Shown: positions 63,469 to 64,000 of the stretch, piece after piece
How the letters are laid out: the number at the start of each line of letters is the position of its first letter
How positions within the stretch are numbered: position 1 is the first letter of the stretch
Assembly: GCA_026416455.1 (NCBI GenBank)
Contig: JAOAFE010000009.1
Span: 6,460-70,459 of the forward strand
Direction of reading: 5' to 3'
Source of the DNA: Syntrophales bacterium
GTDB taxonomy: Bacteria; Desulfobacterota; Syntrophia; Syntrophales; UBA8958
DNA length: 64,000 bases
Notes under the pieces: model-generated
What the model was told of the DNA's origin: nothing
Database searches by the model: none
Seen by the model: the letters and a program-made list of their open reading frames with translations, nothing else
Made by a program: the position numbers and the translations under genes

Positions 63469-64000
63469 AGGACAAGGACTGAAAGTAGTAATTATCACAG
63501 GCCTTTCTGGGTCGGGAAAAAGTACAGCCCTGAGAGCATTGGAAGATATAGGTTTTTTCTGCATTGATAATCTTCCCATAGAGTTGCTGCCGCAATTCAT
63601 ACAAATTCAATCCCGTGGAAGGAAGCATGTAACCCAGGCGGCTATAGTTATGGACGTCAGGGAGGAGTCATTCCTCGATAAATATAGATCTGTTTTCGAA
63701 TCACTGAAAGAAAAAGGTTTTCCCATCGAGATTCTTTTTCTCGATGCTAGTGATGAGGCTCTTATTAATCGATTTAGTGAAACGCGCCGGCTTCATCCCC
63801 TCGCCCCAGGGGGGTCCGTGTTGGAAGGTATTCAGATGGAAAGGGAGAAGTTGGGTGACCTGAAGAATATGGCCGATTACGTAATCGATTCTACATCCTA
63901 TAATATCCACCAGTTAAAAGAAGCGGTGCAGAAGATATTTCTGGGAGAAAAGGCGGGGAAGAAACTTACGGTCATAGTCACTTCTTTCGGCTATCGCTTC
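63437..64000 (+). CDS. rapZ: RNase adapter protein RapZ (YhbJ), 3' end outside the window
   Basis: VVIITGLSGSGKSTALRALEDIGFFCIDNLP P-loop N-terminus. The frame is open to the window end (...TSFGYRF). Start is uncertain: TTG 63437 is the only canonical start upstream of the P-loop, and CTG 63479 sits where RapZ proteins normally begin. Confidence 0.8.
   Translation, partial: MSERSSNSLPEGQGLKVVIITGLSGSGKSTALRALEDIGFFCIDNLPIELLPQFIQIQSRGRKHVTQAAIVMDVREESFLDKYRSVFESLKEKGFPIEILFLDASDEALINRFSETRRLHPLAPGGSVLEGIQMEREKLGDLKNMADYVIDSTSYNIHQLKEAVQKIFLGEKAGKKLTVIVTSFGYRF

Noticed and set aside
1-64000. Looked for CRISPR arrays, tandem or interspersed DNA repeats, rRNA genes, IS elements or transposases, toxin-antitoxin pairs and restriction-modification genes.
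   Set aside because: None was visible by eye. All intergenic gaps are 310 nt or shorter, and no transposase-like or nuclease/methylase-like translation appears in the ORF track. A computational repeat search would still be needed to exclude short dispersed repeats.

Overview
This is a gene-dense chromosomal window with about 60 CDS on both strands, many with ATGA/TAATG-type overlaps and very little non-coding DNA. The gene content suggests an anaerobic Gram-negative bacterium: kdsA/kdsC-lptCAB-rpoN-hpf-ptsN-hprK-rapZ synteny plus an [FeFe]-hydrogenase. A Desulfobacterota- or Nitrospirota-like lineage is only a guess.

Gene order:
- 1-2.5 kb: ABC-2 exporter.
- 2.6-4.0 kb: an orphan DUF488 gene plus an unknown 325-aa gene.
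- 4.1-11.4 kb: Liv-type ABC uptake system followed by two family III CoA-transferase paralogues.
- 11.4-23 kb: housekeeping and signalling genes (PfkB kinase, transglutaminase-like lipoprotein, maf, yggS, HDOD histidine kinase, hybrid kinase, MBL hydrolase, purC, dnaJ, lytic transglycosylase).
- 23.3-43.6 kb: a roughly 20 kb PEP-CTERM/exosortase exopolysaccharide locus. It holds GT4, GT2, a Wzx flippase, an O-antigen-ligase-like protein, a Wzz/BY-kinase fusion, a Wza-like exporter, two PrsT-like TPR paralogues flanking one PEP-CTERM cargo gene, the exosortase, EpsI, an HD-GYP protein, an HprK-like P-loop protein, DUF2939, a Tat-signal PqqD-like protein, an ExeA-like ATPase and an LMW-PTP.
- 43.6-45.6 kb: ppsR and an M29 aminopeptidase.
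- 45.7-54 kb: a HydABC-type [FeFe]-hydrogenase operon preceded by a module of DRTGG, RsbW-like kinase, PHP and HATPase genes. Its NuoF-like subunit is fused to a complete GltD/NfnB-like NADPH module.
- 54.1-64 kb: xerD, a TPR protein, then the kds-lpt-rpoN-PTS(Ntr) cluster.

I saw no rRNA, tRNA, CRISPR array, IS element or prophage signature.

The parts most worth a second look:
- the HydB-NfnB fusion, and a non-canonical H-cluster L1 motif in HydA
- the uncharacterised HD-GYP / HprK-like / DUF2939 and Tat-PqqD / ATPase / phosphatase modules inside the exosortase locus
- the kinase/phosphoesterase module upstream of the hydrogenase
- the DUF488 two-gene cassette

All functional calls rest on motifs read by eye from the supplied translations. 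No database search was run.
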